NCBI GenBank assembly: GCA_963771885.1 | Contig: CAVYVF010000023.1 | Coordinates: 951,079 to 1,015,078, forward strand | DNA: 64,000 bases | Reading direction: 5' to 3' | From: Candidatus Bathyarchaeota archaeon | GTDB taxonomy: Archaea > Thermoproteota > Bathyarchaeia > TCS64 | Shown here: positions 1-10,547 of the stretch, piece by piece | Layout: every line of letters starts with the position of its first letter | How positions within the stretch are numbered: position 1 is the first letter of the stretch | Position numbers and translations under genes: made by a program | Notes under the pieces: generated by a model | Told to the model about the DNA's origin: nothing | Databases searched by the model: none | What the model saw: the letters and a program-made list of their open reading frames with translations, nothing else

Positions 1-1437
1 GTGGAGCTTTATCCAACCGAGGCTATCATTGTTGAGCACGATCCACGTGACTGGCGCCTTGTACTGTACGGCAGTGGGCATCTCCTTCATGAACATCTGG
101 AACGCGCCATCCCCCGTCGTACAGACGACGGGTCTCTCCGGTGCGGCGAGCTTCGCGCCTATGCAGCCAGCGACTGCGAGTCCCATGCAGGTCTGCTCTG
201 CGGGCGCCACGCATCCGTCCAGTGCGCCGACCGCCCAGTAAGGCCAATAGTAGCTCCACAGGTCCTGGCTACCGTTCTCGTTGACGAGCACGGTCTTCGC
301 CCCGAAGACGCGACACGCCTCGTAGACGACCCTCTTCGTCTTGATGAGCTTCGACGAGTCATTGCACTCCTCAGCGACCTCGGCGATGTAGGCTGCCGTG
401 GCGTCGATGATCGTCTTGACGCGGGGCATTTTTAACAGGGGTGTCTTCTTCACTCTGCTACTCGTGTATGCGAGCAAATCCTGCAGGAAGAGTTTAGCGT
501 CAGCTGCGATTGCTATGGCGGGCGTGAAGTTCCGCCCAAGCTCGTCTGCGTCGATGTCGACCTGCACGAACGCTGCTCCTTGCGGGTAATAGCGCCACCC
601 CGCGGTCTGGAACTCCTCGTTCTTACTGCCGAGTGAGATGACTAGGTCCGCCGACTGGTACGCTTCCCGGCTGAGCCGTGTCCTGTAAAGTCCTACCTGT
701 CCAAGATAGAGCGGATGGTCCTCGGGGATGACCCCGCGCCCGCTCGGCGTAGTAAGAACCGGTACCCCGAAGAGCTCTGCTAACATGCTAAGCTCCGCTG
801 AGCACCCACTGTAGAGAGCACCACCACCGGAAACGATTACCGGCTTCTCGGCGACGAGCAGCAGCTCTGCTGCGCGCTTCAACGCCTCAGGATCCGGCCT
901 CATCCTTGTGAAGGGTATCGAGTGTGTGTAGCGGTTCTCCTTCACCTTCTCCTGCCCAACGTCGAAGGGGACTTCAAGATAAACGGGTCCCGGTTTCCCG
1001 TTAACGGCTAGGCTGAAGGCGCGCCTCGTTGCCCACGATGCACGATCCGCCCTCGGCACCCTGAAGCCCCATTTCGTAATGCCCCTGAAGACCTCCATCT
1101 GGGGGGCCTCTTGGAACGCGCCTTCTCCCTCATGGCAAAGCGCCGCCGAGCCTCCGAGCGCTAGCATGGGGACACAGCCGCTCCATGCCTCGAGAACCCC
1201 CGGTACGAGGTTCAAGACCCCGGGGCCGGGGCTCGCGAAGCAGACTCCGGGGCTCCGCCTCATTTTCCCGTAGGCGTAAGCCATGAACGCACCCGAGGCC
1301 TCGTGGCGCACAAGGACGGGCTTAATATCCGAATCATAAAGCGAATCATAGAGGGCGTCGGGGTGCCCTGGGAGGCCGAAGACGTAGCCTACCTTCTCCT
1401 CAGACAAACCCCTGACGATGACGTCCCAAGCACGCAC
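1..1437 (-). CDS. Thiamine pyrophosphate-dependent enzyme (acetolactate synthase large subunit-like), 3' end runs off window; missing from ORF track
   Basis: Manual translation from GTG 1437: VFGLPG, VRHEASGAFMA, SPGPG, PGPVYLEVPFDV, and the TPP motif GDGAFQM...VLNNDSLGWI near position 1. Confidence 0.9.
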   Translation of the reverse strand, partial: MRAWDVIVRGLSEEKVGYVFGLPGHPDALYDSLYDSDIKPVLVRHEASGAFMAYAYGKMRRSPGVCFASPGPGVLNLVPGVLEAWSGCVPMLALGGSAALCHEGEGAFQEAPQMEVFRGITKWGFRVPRADRASWATRRAFSLAVNGKPGPVYLEVPFDVGQEKVKENRYTHSIPFTRMRPDPEALKRAAELLLVAEKPVIVSGGGALYSGCSAELSMLAELFGVPVLTTPSGRGVIPEDHPLYLGQVGLYRTRLSREAYQSADLVISLGSKNEEFQTAGWRYYPQGAAFVQVDIDADELGRNFTPAIAIAADAKLFLQDLLAYTSSRVKKTPLLKMPRVKTIIDATAAYIAEVAEECNDSSKLIKTKRVVYEACRVFGAKTVLVNENGSQDLWSYYWPYWAVGALDGCVAPAEQTCMGLAVAGCIGAKLAAPERPVVCTTGDGAFQMFMKEMPTAVQYKAPVTWIVLNNDSLGWIKLH

Positions 1438-1561
1438 ATCAACCAAAACCGTGACCCAGAGAAAATACCTATGGATAAGAAGATAAAACCTAGTCTCGAA
1501 GAGTCAGAACCAACGGAAAAAACTATCCCGTCAGACATCAAACTATACCCGGTGTAGGAAG

Positions 1562-2032
1562 ACGAGCAATGTAGTCTACGAGGACAAGTTCTTCATCGTC
1601 GAGAGCCCTGATCACCCCCTGAACTGCAGGGACGACGGAGGCCACCTCATCATGAGCAAGAAGGAGAGGGTCTTCGACCGCTCCGACATGACCGCTGAGG
1701 AGGCGATCGACTTCATGCGAATATCGATGATGGTAGGTAAATCCATGTACAGAGTCCTCGGCATCGAAAGGATGAACTACGAGGACCTCGCCAACTGGGG
1801 GCTGGACACCCCAGGTGGCCCGAAGATGCACCTCCATTTCTTCGGCAGGGCGAAGAGGCAGATACACCAGATCCGGGGGCAGCACATCGCCCTCTTCCCC
1901 AAGGGTCACCCCATCTACGAGGGCCACCTCAAGCCATTCACGGCGGAGGAGATCATGAATCTTAGGACAGAGATAGATAAGATCTCCCGCGAAGAGAAAT
2001 ACGTGAAAATGGCCGAGTTGGCCGGCCTTTAG
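1562..2032 (+). CDS. HIT-like family protein
   Basis: Frame is open upstream of ATG 1652 and reads VVYEDKFFIVESPDHPLNCRDDGGHL (HIT-like N-terminus); degenerate triad MHLHFFGR; true start uncertain (ACG at 1562). Confidence 0.6.
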   Translation, partial: TSNVVYEDKFFIVESPDHPLNCRDDGGHLIMSKKERVFDRSDMTAEEAIDFMRISMMVGKSMYRVLGIERMNYEDLANWGLDTPGGPKMHLHFFGRAKRQIHQIRGQHIALFPKGHPIYEGHLKPFTAEEIMNLRTEIDKISREEKYVKMAELAGL

Positions 2033-2035
2033 AAC

Positions 2036-2972
2036 CTACTTCTTCTGGGAATGAGGCTTGGGTGAGGACTCTTCATCGTCCTCATCATCGTCATCGCCCC
2101 TGCCGCCGTAGATGAACTGGAGGTCGTCGAAGCTGAGCTTCTCTCCCGCCGCCATCTTGCGTTGAGCCTCCGTGCGTAGCGCCTCGACGCGTGCGTTGAC
2201 CTTCGCCATCTTGTCACGCTCGACCTTTATATCGTCGGCGCGGAGACCATCCCTGATGCCGCGTACCTGCGAGCCATAAGCCGTCGAGTTCCTGCTCAAC
2301 CTTCTTGACCTCCCCAAGGTACTCGACGAACTTGGCGTGTGCCTGGTTCGCCTTCTCCCTTTCATCGTCCGCCTTGCGGTGGAGGAGGAGCATCGACTCG
2401 TGGTGTTTCTGGCTCTCCTCGCGGAGCGTGTTCATCTCGTCGCGTATCTGGCGGATGTTCATCTCCGTCGCCTTGGCTTCGGCGGTCGCCTCCATGGTGG
2501 CCTCCGTGCGCTTCGGCGGCTTCTTGAATGTGCTCAGCCTTCGGCGAAGTGAGTTGGCGCGCTCGACGAGCTCGAGTTCCCTCTCCTTGTCGAGCATGTC
2601 GCGCGTAGGAGTCGTCATGACCTCCCACTCTACTGTGTTGAGGTCGCGCTCGACGCGCTTCTTCTTCGGCATCTCCCTGTAGCCCTGCTGGACCTGCTGT
2701 TCAATGCCGGCGAGCTTCTTCCGCTTCTCGTCGAGTTGGTCGTAGAGTGGTTGTAGCTTCGCCTTTATCTCGGCGACGCGGGCGTTGATCTTGTCCCGCT
2801 CCTCCTTATGCTTTATCGCCTCCTCGCGCATCTTCCGGGCGGACTCGTTTATCCTGTCCCGCTCATCGCGCCAGCGATTGACGTGTTCGAAAAGTTCGCT
2901 CCGCTTCCTGCGGAGATCGGAAGTCATGTTCTCAAGCTGGTCGAGCTTGAGGTCGTTACCGGCCATCAGCAA
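2036..2972 (-). CDS. Archaeal coiled-coil protein (COG1340-like), one frameshift near 2270
   Basis: Long E/K/R heptad-rich ORF 2214..2972 continues in ORF 2036..2365, ending GEKLSFDDLQ as typical of this family. Confidence 0.7.
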
Positions 2973-3187
2973 ATTACACCGCTTAGGGGTCTCAGACCTA
3001 CGCCTACTATTGACCTCGCATCCTATTCAAAAAGGAATCGGCTCCCAGAAGGGTTCGTAGCGGACACAACGAGTTGCATGGGGTGTTTTCAAAGCTTTTT
3101 CGGGGTATTTTACGTTTTCATATGGTTTAACTTATATGTAAAAATACCTAAATATTAAACTGTCCGGCTGTTGAAGCTTTACATTGC

Positions 3188-3442
3188 TTGGAGTCAACAT
3201 TCGGCTTAATCTCGTCACTCGTGACGCTCGCATGCATGCTTATTTTCTTCGTCTATGCAATGAAGTATTACGACTCCAGAACATTACCTTGGCAACGCTC
3301 GGGGGGAAGAGGCAGCAGGTTAACGAAGAAAGGAATGAAGGTCCCGGCGACTGGAGGGATGCATCTCTCGTCTCGCGCGCTAAGCCTGCGCCGTTCCCCC
3401 ACACCAAGTGACCACGTTACTCGTTCCCGAGAACATCGCTGA
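3188..3442 (+). CDS. Possible small membrane protein
   Basis: One hydrophobic N-terminal segment; no recognised family. Confidence 0.25.
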   Translation: MESTFGLISSLVTLACMLIFFVYAMKYYDSRTLPWQRSGGRGSRLTKKGMKVPATGGMHLSSRALSLRRSPTPSDHVTRSREHR

Positions 3443-3637
3443 CATTTCCATGGTCACCCCCTTAACCTCTAAAAGCTCCTTGATCTAAAGATAGTAATTA
3501 AGTTGAAAGGGGTGCCTTAAACGCTCCTTTCAACCAACGAAGCCGTTTTCGCTCTTATGTTTATTATCTTTAATTGGGTAGATTTTGGACTTACCTCGCT
3601 TAGTCTAGGCGAATCAGATTTATCCCTGATACATATC

Positions 3638-5176
3638 ATGGAATTCATGGCCCTCTTAAAGAGGCTGTTAACCGGTCTACTAATCACGGCTGTCATCGCC
3701 GTCCTCGTTCTCGGCTACTTCGGTTTCATCCCCGGCGTCTCCGACCTGATGGGGGCGAACACCCCGCGTGACCTTGGCGTCCAACCCACATCGGCTGTGC
3801 TCGCCTCAGTGAACGCGAAGCTCGGTGTCTCCTACTCGACGCTCCCGTCAAGCGCAACGGGCGCGGCTTCCCTCCAGGAGTCGGGGAGCCAACAGATCAG
3901 CGTCCAGCTCACCTCGGAGGAGGTGACGGCGCTCATCAACGACCACGCCAAGAGGTGGAAGTACTACCCCATCACGGATGTCCAGGTTAAGATAAACGCC
4001 GACAACACAATCGAGCTCTCAGGGAGGCTGCGCGTCGATAGATGGAGCGGATACGCCGACGCTATCGGGCTAACAGAGGAGATCCGGGATCAGTTACGCC
4101 CATATCTGGGCTACGTTAAGACGAGCCCATCCATCTACATGAGAGGGTCGCTGACCCTGCAGGGCTACGCTTCAATTATGACGGAGGAATTACAACTCGG
4201 CAGGGTTCCGGTGCCTGCTGACCAGATCAACGAGTACGACGGCATCCTTGAGTACTTCGTAGAGGAGGTATCGAACCTATACCAACTACAAATAAGCCAA
4301 CTCTATGCCTCTGGTGGATCACTAACAGTCACGGGTAGTATCCCGACGAGTGTGGCTCTTGCGCCACCAGTGGAGGAGCAGGCAGTCATACGCCAGTCAG
4401 CGTTCTGGGCTCCCGACCCTGAGAAGGCTATACAAGCCTTCGGCCTCGTAACCCTCGTCTATGTCGTTGGCAATCTGCTGCGCGCCCAGCTGAGCAACTT
4501 AGGCGAGAAGCTTGGGAGCATGCTCCCAAGCGGTATCCAGATGTGGATTGAGAACTACCTCGGCTCTAAAGGAGAATTATCCGTACAAGCGGGTTTGGGT
4601 TCGGTGTTCAAGCTTACCAGGGTCGAGCTGATAGCTTACGCAATTGCTTTGGTTACGCTGACAGTGGCGTTCGCTTACTCTAGCGCGGCGACGCTGGAGG
4701 AGGTTCTTATCGGTATCCCTATCATCCTTGGTACGAGTATTCTCATCGAGTTCCTAAAGAATTACCTGCTCAACGTCTTCTCGCGTCGTAAGGGGGCGTG
4801 GGTGGAGTATCGCATTTGGGCCCCCGGCTGGTTAATGTTCGCCGTCTCAAGTTTCTTCTTCAAGACCCCCTTCTCCTCTCCGAGTAAGACCGCGAAGCAC
4901 GCGTGTCCCGAGTCAGAGCAGATATGTGGACTCATGGCGGTCTCCTCCGTGGTGCTCGTTCTCCTCTTCGGTGCGGGTTTCTACTATGTGAGCACTCAGG
5001 GAATCTCCGAGATAGGCAACATCGGCCTCGGCATGTGCCTGCTGGCCGCGTTCTTTGATAGTATACCCATCCCACCGCTAAACGGTAAGGACATATGGGA
5101 CTGGAACAAGACTGCGTCGATCCTCCTGCTCGTAGCGACGTTCGCCGCGAACCTCTACTGGCTCATGATGATGTAA
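3638..5176 (+). CDS. Membrane protein: N-terminal anchor, extracellular domain and C-terminal degenerate peptidase M50-like domain
   Basis: Multiple TM segments; FFDSIPIPPLNGKDIWDW resembles the M50 NxxPxxPLDG motif; HExxH position reads IEFLK. Confidence 0.6.
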   Translation: MEFMALLKRLLTGLLITAVIAVLVLGYFGFIPGVSDLMGANTPRDLGVQPTSAVLASVNAKLGVSYSTLPSSATGAASLQESGSQQISVQLTSEEVTALINDHAKRWKYYPITDVQVKINADNTIELSGRLRVDRWSGYADAIGLTEEIRDQLRPYLGYVKTSPSIYMRGSLTLQGYASIMTEELQLGRVPVPADQINEYDGILEYFVEEVSNLYQLQISQLYASGGSLTVTGSIPTSVALAPPVEEQAVIRQSAFWAPDPEKAIQAFGLVTLVYVVGNLLRAQLSNLGEKLGSMLPSGIQMWIENYLGSKGELSVQAGLGSVFKLTRVELIAYAIALVTLTVAFAYSSAATLEEVLIGIPIILGTSILIEFLKNYLLNVFSRRKGAWVEYRIWAPGWLMFAVSSFFFKTPFSSPSKTAKHACPESEQICGLMAVSSVVLVLLFGAGFYYVSTQGISEIGNIGLGMCLLAAFFDSIPIPPLNGKDIWDWNKTASILLLVATFAANLYWLMMM

Positions 5177-5280
5177 CCCGCCGGTCAAACTATACTAGTT
5201 TTTATCAGCAAATACAATGCTCCGGGTACACCTCACCATAAAGTTAAACTTCATAATCCGTGCAAATCTATACGAATATC

Positions 5281-5535
5281 ATGAAAGAGGAAAAACAAGG
5301 AACAAAGGTTCCCAAAAAAGAAAAAGAGGCACCGGATAAGAAGGCGAACAAGAAGAGAGCCGACTATCTCGTAACATACGAGGTGGAGGGGGCCAGATCC
5401 AAGAAACAGAAAGCGAGCGCCTACTCTGAGGAAGAGGCGGAGGAGATAGTGACTAAGAAACTAAACGGGCAGATTGCGAAGGGAGAGATCAACGGCTTCA
5501 AGATCCTCTCAATAGAGATAGATAGTCAGAAGTGA
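5281..5535 (+). CDS. Small basic hypothetical protein
   Basis: Open K/E-rich frame followed by a GC hairpin at about 5555-5582. Confidence 0.5.
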   Translation: MKEEKQGTKVPKKEKEAPDKKANKKRADYLVTYEVEGARSKKQKASAYSEEEAEEIVTKKLNGQIAKGEINGFKILSIEIDSQK

Positions 5536-5833
5536 CTCGTTCACCGAGCCCGTACGGGGGCGTTTTTACAATTCGCGCCCCGATTTATGCCTATTAAAGC
5601 CATCCTTTTTATGCTAACCTTCCCCTATTGATATGGCGAAAGTTTTTGTGTATTTTAAGAGTAAGTACTGTAACGAATTGTAATAAGTGCAAGTCCTCAA
5701 TCAGAACCTATTGTTCGATAAAAAAGAAGGGACACAGTAGGAAGGTTTTCAAGTAGTACATATAGTCTGGGGTTCACACTACGGATTAGATTTAACAACC
5801 CGCTGCCCCACTCCTAGGCATCCGGTGCAGGAT

Positions 5834-6655
5834 ATGGGTAAGATTGGGATAACCCTCGCGACGACCGACCAGGCCGCCGCGAACATATTCGAGATATTCA
5901 AGGAACGAGGCTTCTTCGCTATTCGTGAGGGCGTCTACGCGAAAGGTGACCTGCTCCTTATCCCCATTCCGAGAGAGATCGTACCCGTGGAGGATGAGTC
6001 GGCCCCAATGGTGCCCGACCCATACCCCATCGACTATGACGCCCTCGCTGTTGAACTCGGTATCGACTACTTCGTCGTGGCGAGCCGCCACTGGGCACGT
6101 AGCGGGCAACCAAGCCTCACGGCGCACGCGACGGGCAACTTCGGCGAGGCACTTTTAGGTGGGAGGCCCCACGAGCTCCAGCCCGTTCCCGCAGAGGCTA
6201 TGAGGAACGTCTATGTCGCCTTGAAGAGAAGCCCCCCCGTAGGATTCACTGTCAGCCTAGAGGCAACACACCACAGCCCGACGCAGTTCAGCGTGCCAAT
6301 GTTCTTCGCCGAGGTGGGGAGTAGTGAAGCGCAGTGGGGAGATATCGCCGCCTGCGAGTACCTCGTCGACGCCATACTCGAAGGTGCCGCGTCAAAGGAG
6401 AGGGCTCCTCGGGCGATAGGCTTCGGCGGCGGCCACTACTGCCCCAAGTTCAGCGTCATGGAGGGGGAGTACGCCTTCGGCCACGTCGCCGCCAAGTACG
6501 CCATTCCGAGCCTTAACGACGATTTAATTCGGCAGATGGTAGATAAAACGGGGGGCGTCGAAAGGGCCTTCGTCGAGAGCGGCCTTAAAGGCTCAGAGAA
6601 GCAGATGCTCAAGACAGCGCTTGCCCGCCTCAGCGTCGAGTGCGTTATCGTCTAG
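5834..6655 (+). CDS. dtdA: Archaeal D-aminoacyl-tRNA deacylase (DTD2)
   Basis: SRH...PSLTAHATGNF, LEATHHSPT, FAEVGS, GFGGGHY motifs. Confidence 0.9.
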   Translation: MGKIGITLATTDQAAANIFEIFKERGFFAIREGVYAKGDLLLIPIPREIVPVEDESAPMVPDPYPIDYDALAVELGIDYFVVASRHWARSGQPSLTAHATGNFGEALLGGRPHELQPVPAEAMRNVYVALKRSPPVGFTVSLEATHHSPTQFSVPMFFAEVGSSEAQWGDIAACEYLVDAILEGAASKERAPRAIGFGGGHYCPKFSVMEGEYAFGHVAAKYAIPSLNDDLIRQMVDKTGGVERAFVESGLKGSEKQMLKTALARLSVECVIV

Positions 6656-7905
6656 CGCCGCTTCGATTGGACCGCTTTTTCGTACTTTCTGATCTCCGTC
6701 ATCCACTCGCGGTCACTCGACACGCCTTGCTCCTCGCAGAACATGTTCCAGACAGCTCCGACGGGTAACGCCTTCGTCTCCTCAAGCAGTGCGAGCCGAC
6801 CCGTGTAGTCCCCCGCCTCCTCGAGCCCTACTAAAATCTGATGTGGCTCAAGTAGGGCAGCTAGTAGTGCCTTCTGCGTGGCGCGGGCGCCTATGACCCA
6901 GGCGGCTACCCTGTTAATGCTTGCGTCGAAGTAGTCGAGGGCGAGGTGTACCCTGTTGAGTGCGCCGCATCTGACGACCTCTAGCATCGTGTCGCGTATC
7001 TGGTCGTCGACTACGGGGACGTGGTCACTGTCCCAGCGGACGCCGCGGCTGACATGCAGCATCATCTCGGGCATGTTGAGGAGTATGGAGCTGAGTTTGT
7101 CGCCTATCGACTCGGTTGGGTGGTAGTGGCCCATGTCAATGCAGACCATGAGGTTGTGCCTCAGGGCGTAGGCTAGGTAGAAGTCGTGGCTACCGACGAC
7201 ATAGCACTCGCTGCCGAGTCCGAAGAGCTTCGATTCAACGGTGTCCTTCAGGTGATCGGTGGGGTATTGCTCGGCGTATATCTCGTCGAGCGACTCCATC
7301 AAGAGTTTCCTATACCCGATCCTATCGACGGTGCTGTCCTTCATGCCGTCGGGTATCCATAGGTCGTGTATGCACGGCGAGCCGAGACTCTCGCCAATGT
7401 GCGCGGAGATTCGGCGCGTCTGCTTGACGTGCTCGACCCAGTATCGGCGTATCGCAGGATCCTTGCTGCTGAGGGTGAAGCCGGCATCGGACTTGGGGTG
7501 GCTGAAGACGGTGGCGTTGAAGTCGAGTCCCAGCTTCTTCTCCCTCGCCCAGCCTATCCAGTCTTCGAAGTGCTTGGGGGCGACACTGTTCCTCTCGATC
7601 TTCTCCTCGAAGTCACCGTAGGTGGCGTGGAGATTAACCCTGTGGGGGCCGGGTATGAGGCTCATCGCCTCCTCGAGGTCGGAGCGGAGCTCGGCGGCGT
7701 TCCTCGCCTTCCCGGGGAAGTTGCCAGTCGCCATGATGCCGCCGGTGAGTGCTGCGCCGGGGCTCTCAAAGCCCGAGACGTCGTCCCCCTGCCAGCACTG
7801 GAGGCAGATACTCTTCGCCGCCAGCCTCCTCATCGCTTCCCTCACGTCTACGCCAAGGTCGGCGTATTCCTCAACGGCGAGGTCGAATGCCTTCTCGTTT
7901 TTCAA
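6652..7905 (-). CDS. rhaA: L-rhamnose isomerase
   Basis: CWQGDDVSGFE, WIPDGMKD, ESKLFGLGSE, DMGHYHPTE, HVSRGVRWDSDHV, DYFDASINR. Confidence 0.95.
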   Translation of the reverse strand: MKNEKAFDLAVEEYADLGVDVREAMRRLAAKSICLQCWQGDDVSGFESPGAALTGGIMATGNFPGKARNAAELRSDLEEAMSLIPGPHRVNLHATYGDFEEKIERNSVAPKHFEDWIGWAREKKLGLDFNATVFSHPKSDAGFTLSSKDPAIRRYWVEHVKQTRRISAHIGESLGSPCIHDLWIPDGMKDSTVDRIGYRKLLMESLDEIYAEQYPTDHLKDTVESKLFGLGSECYVVGSHDFYLAYALRHNLMVCIDMGHYHPTESIGDKLSSILLNMPEMMLHVSRGVRWDSDHVPVVDDQIRDTMLEVVRCGALNRVHLALDYFDASINRVAAWVIGARATQKALLAALLEPHQILVGLEEAGDYTGRLALLEETKALPVGAVWNMFCEEQGVSSDREWMTEIRKYEKAVQSKRR

Positions 7906-9359
7906 GACATCTTCTCCTTCAACTCAGTGAACTTATCGTATGCCTCGTCCCACGGCGATGTGTCGCTGGGCGAGTACTCCTCCACCTCAGTGGAGTCCCT
8001 GACTATTTTCCGTATGTGGCGTAGGTCTTTGACCCTTCCGCCAGCCATGGACTGGACGAGGACGTTTCCTATGGCAGTTGCCTCGGAGGGACCCGCGTAG
8101 ACTCGCCTCCCCGTCGAGTCGGCTGCGAGCTGGCTCAGCAACCGGTTGCGCGCCCCGCCGCCCACGATGTGAATTTTGGCAATCCTCCTGCCCGACGCCT
8201 CCTCAAGCTGCGCGAGAGTATGTCTATAAGCCAAGGCGAGTCCTTCGAGGGAGACCCTTATCATCTCGCCCCAGCTACTCGGCGGTTTCTGACCCGTTTT
8301 AGTGCAGAAATCGGTGATCGCCTCAGGCATCGAGGGTGGATTCAGGAAGCCTTGCCAGTCGGGGTCAATTACCGCAACATGTGGCTCCGCCGCCTCCGCG
8401 AGCCTCGTCAGCTCGTCGTAGCTGTAACCTTCACCCCACGCCCTGCGGCACTCTTGAACCAGCCAGAGCCCTGCGATGTTCTTAAGCACCCTGTATGTGT
8501 TGCCGACGCCGCCCTCGTTCGTAATGTTATACTTGTAGGACGCCGTGTTGATGATTGGGCGGGGAGACTCTATCCCTATCAGGCTCCACGTCCCTGAGCT
8601 AATGTATGCGAAGTCGCTGCCCTCAGCGGGGACGGCTGCGACGGCGGAGCCAGTGTCGTGGCAGGCGACGGCGACAACGGGCACCCTCCCTAATCCTGTG
8701 GTGTCGCGCGCCTCCTTCGTCAGGTCGCCGAGGAGAGTCCCCGGTTTGACTATCTCCCCGAAAAGCCGCCTAGGTGCTCCGACCGCGGCGACTATCTCTT
8801 CGTCCCACCCACCAGTATGTGGGTTATAGAGGTGACTCGTCGTGGCGAGCGTGAATTCGTTGGACGCGGCGCCGATGAGCCGGTTGTTGAACAGGTCCCC
8901 AATCATGAGCAGGCGGCTCGCCGAGCCGAACGCCTCGGGCTCGTCCCTCGCCGCGGCGACCAGCTGGAAGAGGGTGTCGAATGTGAGTAACTGTATCCCG
9001 GTTCGACGGTAGAGTTCATCGAGCGGCATCTTCTCGGCGAATGCCTTGACGGCGCCTTCGGTTCGCCTGTCACGGTACGCGTAAGGGGGCGCTAACAAGG
9101 CACTGTTACTGTCCAGGAGCGCGTAGTCGACGCCCCACGTGTCAATCCCAATCGTGTCTGGTTTCCCGCACCTACGCATTCCTTCATGGATCTCGAAGAG
9201 CAGCTTTCCAACATCCCAGCGAAGGTGTCCGCCCGCCTCGACCATCCCGTTAGGGAACCTATGCACCTCGGAGACGGTGAGCCTATCGTCGTCGCCCAGC
9301 TCGCCAAGAATACCTCTCCCACTAGAGGCGCCAAGGTCGAATGCGAGGTGGCGAGACAC
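7902..9359 (-). CDS. rhaB: Rhamnulokinase (FGGY family)
   Basis: DLGASSGR, GIDTWGVDY, CHDTGSAV, SSGTWSL, NEGG, KNIAGLW; overlaps rhaA start. Confidence 0.92.
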   Translation of the reverse strand: MSRHLAFDLGASSGRGILGELGDDDRLTVSEVHRFPNGMVEAGGHLRWDVGKLLFEIHEGMRRCGKPDTIGIDTWGVDYALLDSNSALLAPPYAYRDRRTEGAVKAFAEKMPLDELYRRTGIQLLTFDTLFQLVAAARDEPEAFGSASRLLMIGDLFNNRLIGAASNEFTLATTSHLYNPHTGGWDEEIVAAVGAPRRLFGEIVKPGTLLGDLTKEARDTTGLGRVPVVAVACHDTGSAVAAVPAEGSDFAYISSGTWSLIGIESPRPIINTASYKYNITNEGGVGNTYRVLKNIAGLWLVQECRRAWGEGYSYDELTRLAEAAEPHVAVIDPDWQGFLNPPSMPEAITDFCTKTGQKPPSSWGEMIRVSLEGLALAYRHTLAQLEEASGRRIAKIHIVGGGARNRLLSQLAADSTGRRVYAGPSEATAIGNVLVQSMAGGRVKDLRHIRKIVRDSTEVEEYSPSDTSPWDEAYDKFTELKEKMS

Positions 9360-9392
9360 GTGGAAGAAAACGCCGGATCAGTATTTAACGCG

Positions 9393-10547
9393 TCACTCGA
9401 AGGTCCAGTCGTCCTTCTCCATCCATATCTTCTCAAGAATCTTCCGCGCCTGCCCGGGGGGGAGACTGAGGAAGAACTTGTCTACGTGCTTGCACATGCG
9501 CTTCCTGTCCGTTGTCTTCTTCCAGTCGTCGCAGTCGTGGCGTAGGATCTTGCCAGCGAGGTCTACCTCGATGGCGTAGTCCTTGATCTTTGCCTTGACT
9601 AGGTCCTTCGTGTTAAGGGTGACCTTTACCTCCTCGGGCATCTGCTCGGCTCGTGCGAGGCGCCCGTTGTCTGTGAAGTGGGTGAGCAGATCGGCGACGC
9701 TGAGACCCTCCTCCTGCTCCTTATAGGACTCTAGGGGCTGGACGCCGCCGGGGCGCAGCGCGCCCGCCCTGTGCTCCTTGATCTTTGCGAGTGCGGACTC
9801 CTGCTCCGGCGTAGCGCCGCCCATACCTTGCAGTAGCTCGATCGCGTTCTTTACTGCCGAGGCGTTGAAGTGGTTGTTGAAGTAGCCGTAGGTCCTCTTC
9901 GCCTTCTTTGTCACCTCTTCGATCTTCGGCTTCCACTCCTCGAGCTGGGGCTTGGTGTACTCGTAGTCGTACCAGAGGCGTTTGCCGTGTCCGTGCCAGC
10001 GGATGTAGGCGAAGTCGGCAGTGATGTGTGTCTCCGGTGGGAGAAGTGGCTCGTCTACGATGGTGTAGGCGACGTTGTTCTTCTCCAGCATCTTAAATGT
10101 CTCCTTCCTGAGCCAGCTGTCGTGGCGGAACTCGATGGCCCACTCGTGGTTCTTCGGGAGTATTTCGAGGAACTTTTCGAGGTCGCCGGCGCTCTCCTTG
10201 TATGTGAACATGGGGCGCGTCTGAATGAGTATCGGCCCAAGCTTCTCCGCGAGTGGCTGTATGAGGTGTATGAAGCGCCACATGTCGTCCTCGACGCCCT
10301 CGCTGAGCTTGAGCCACTTATCGTGGGTAATGAGTTGAGGGAGCTTCGCGGCGAATACAAAGCCCGGTGGCGCGGTACGCGTCCAGCCCTCGATGAGACG
10401 CTCAGTCGGGTAGCTATAGAAGGTGCTGTTGATCTCAGACGTGCGGAAAACCTTTGTGTAGTTGGTGAACATGCCCTGCTTCTTGTCGTAGAAAGGGCCT
10501 ATCCACTCGTCGTAGCTCCACCCCGAGGTGCCTATGAGGAGACTCAT
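9393..10547 (-). CDS. DUF72 domain protein with C-terminal SWIM-like zinc finger
   Basis: IGTSGWSY, EINSTFY, IEFRHDSW, YIRWHG, YFNNH; C-terminal HDCDDW...MCKH. Confidence 0.85.
   Translation of the reverse strand: MSLLIGTSGWSYDEWIGPFYDKKQGMFTNYTKVFRTSEINSTFYSYPTERLIEGWTRTAPPGFVFAAKLPQLITHDKWLKLSEGVEDDMWRFIHLIQPLAEKLGPILIQTRPMFTYKESAGDLEKFLEILPKNHEWAIEFRHDSWLRKETFKMLEKNNVAYTIVDEPLLPPETHITADFAYIRWHGHGKRLWYDYEYTKPQLEEWKPKIEEVTKKAKRTYGYFNNHFNASAVKNAIELLQGMGGATPEQESALAKIKEHRAGALRPGGVQPLESYKEQEEGLSVADLLTHFTDNGRLARAEQMPEEVKVTLNTKDLVKAKIKDYAIEVDLAGKILRHDCDDWKKTTDRKRMCKHVDKFFLSLPPGQARKILEKIWMEKDDWTFE

Noticed and set aside
1..1557. Plus-strand ORFs 1..435, 1079..1273 and 1303..1557, and similar antisense ORFs throughout segment 1
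   Set aside because: Shadow frames of real genes in GC-rich DNA
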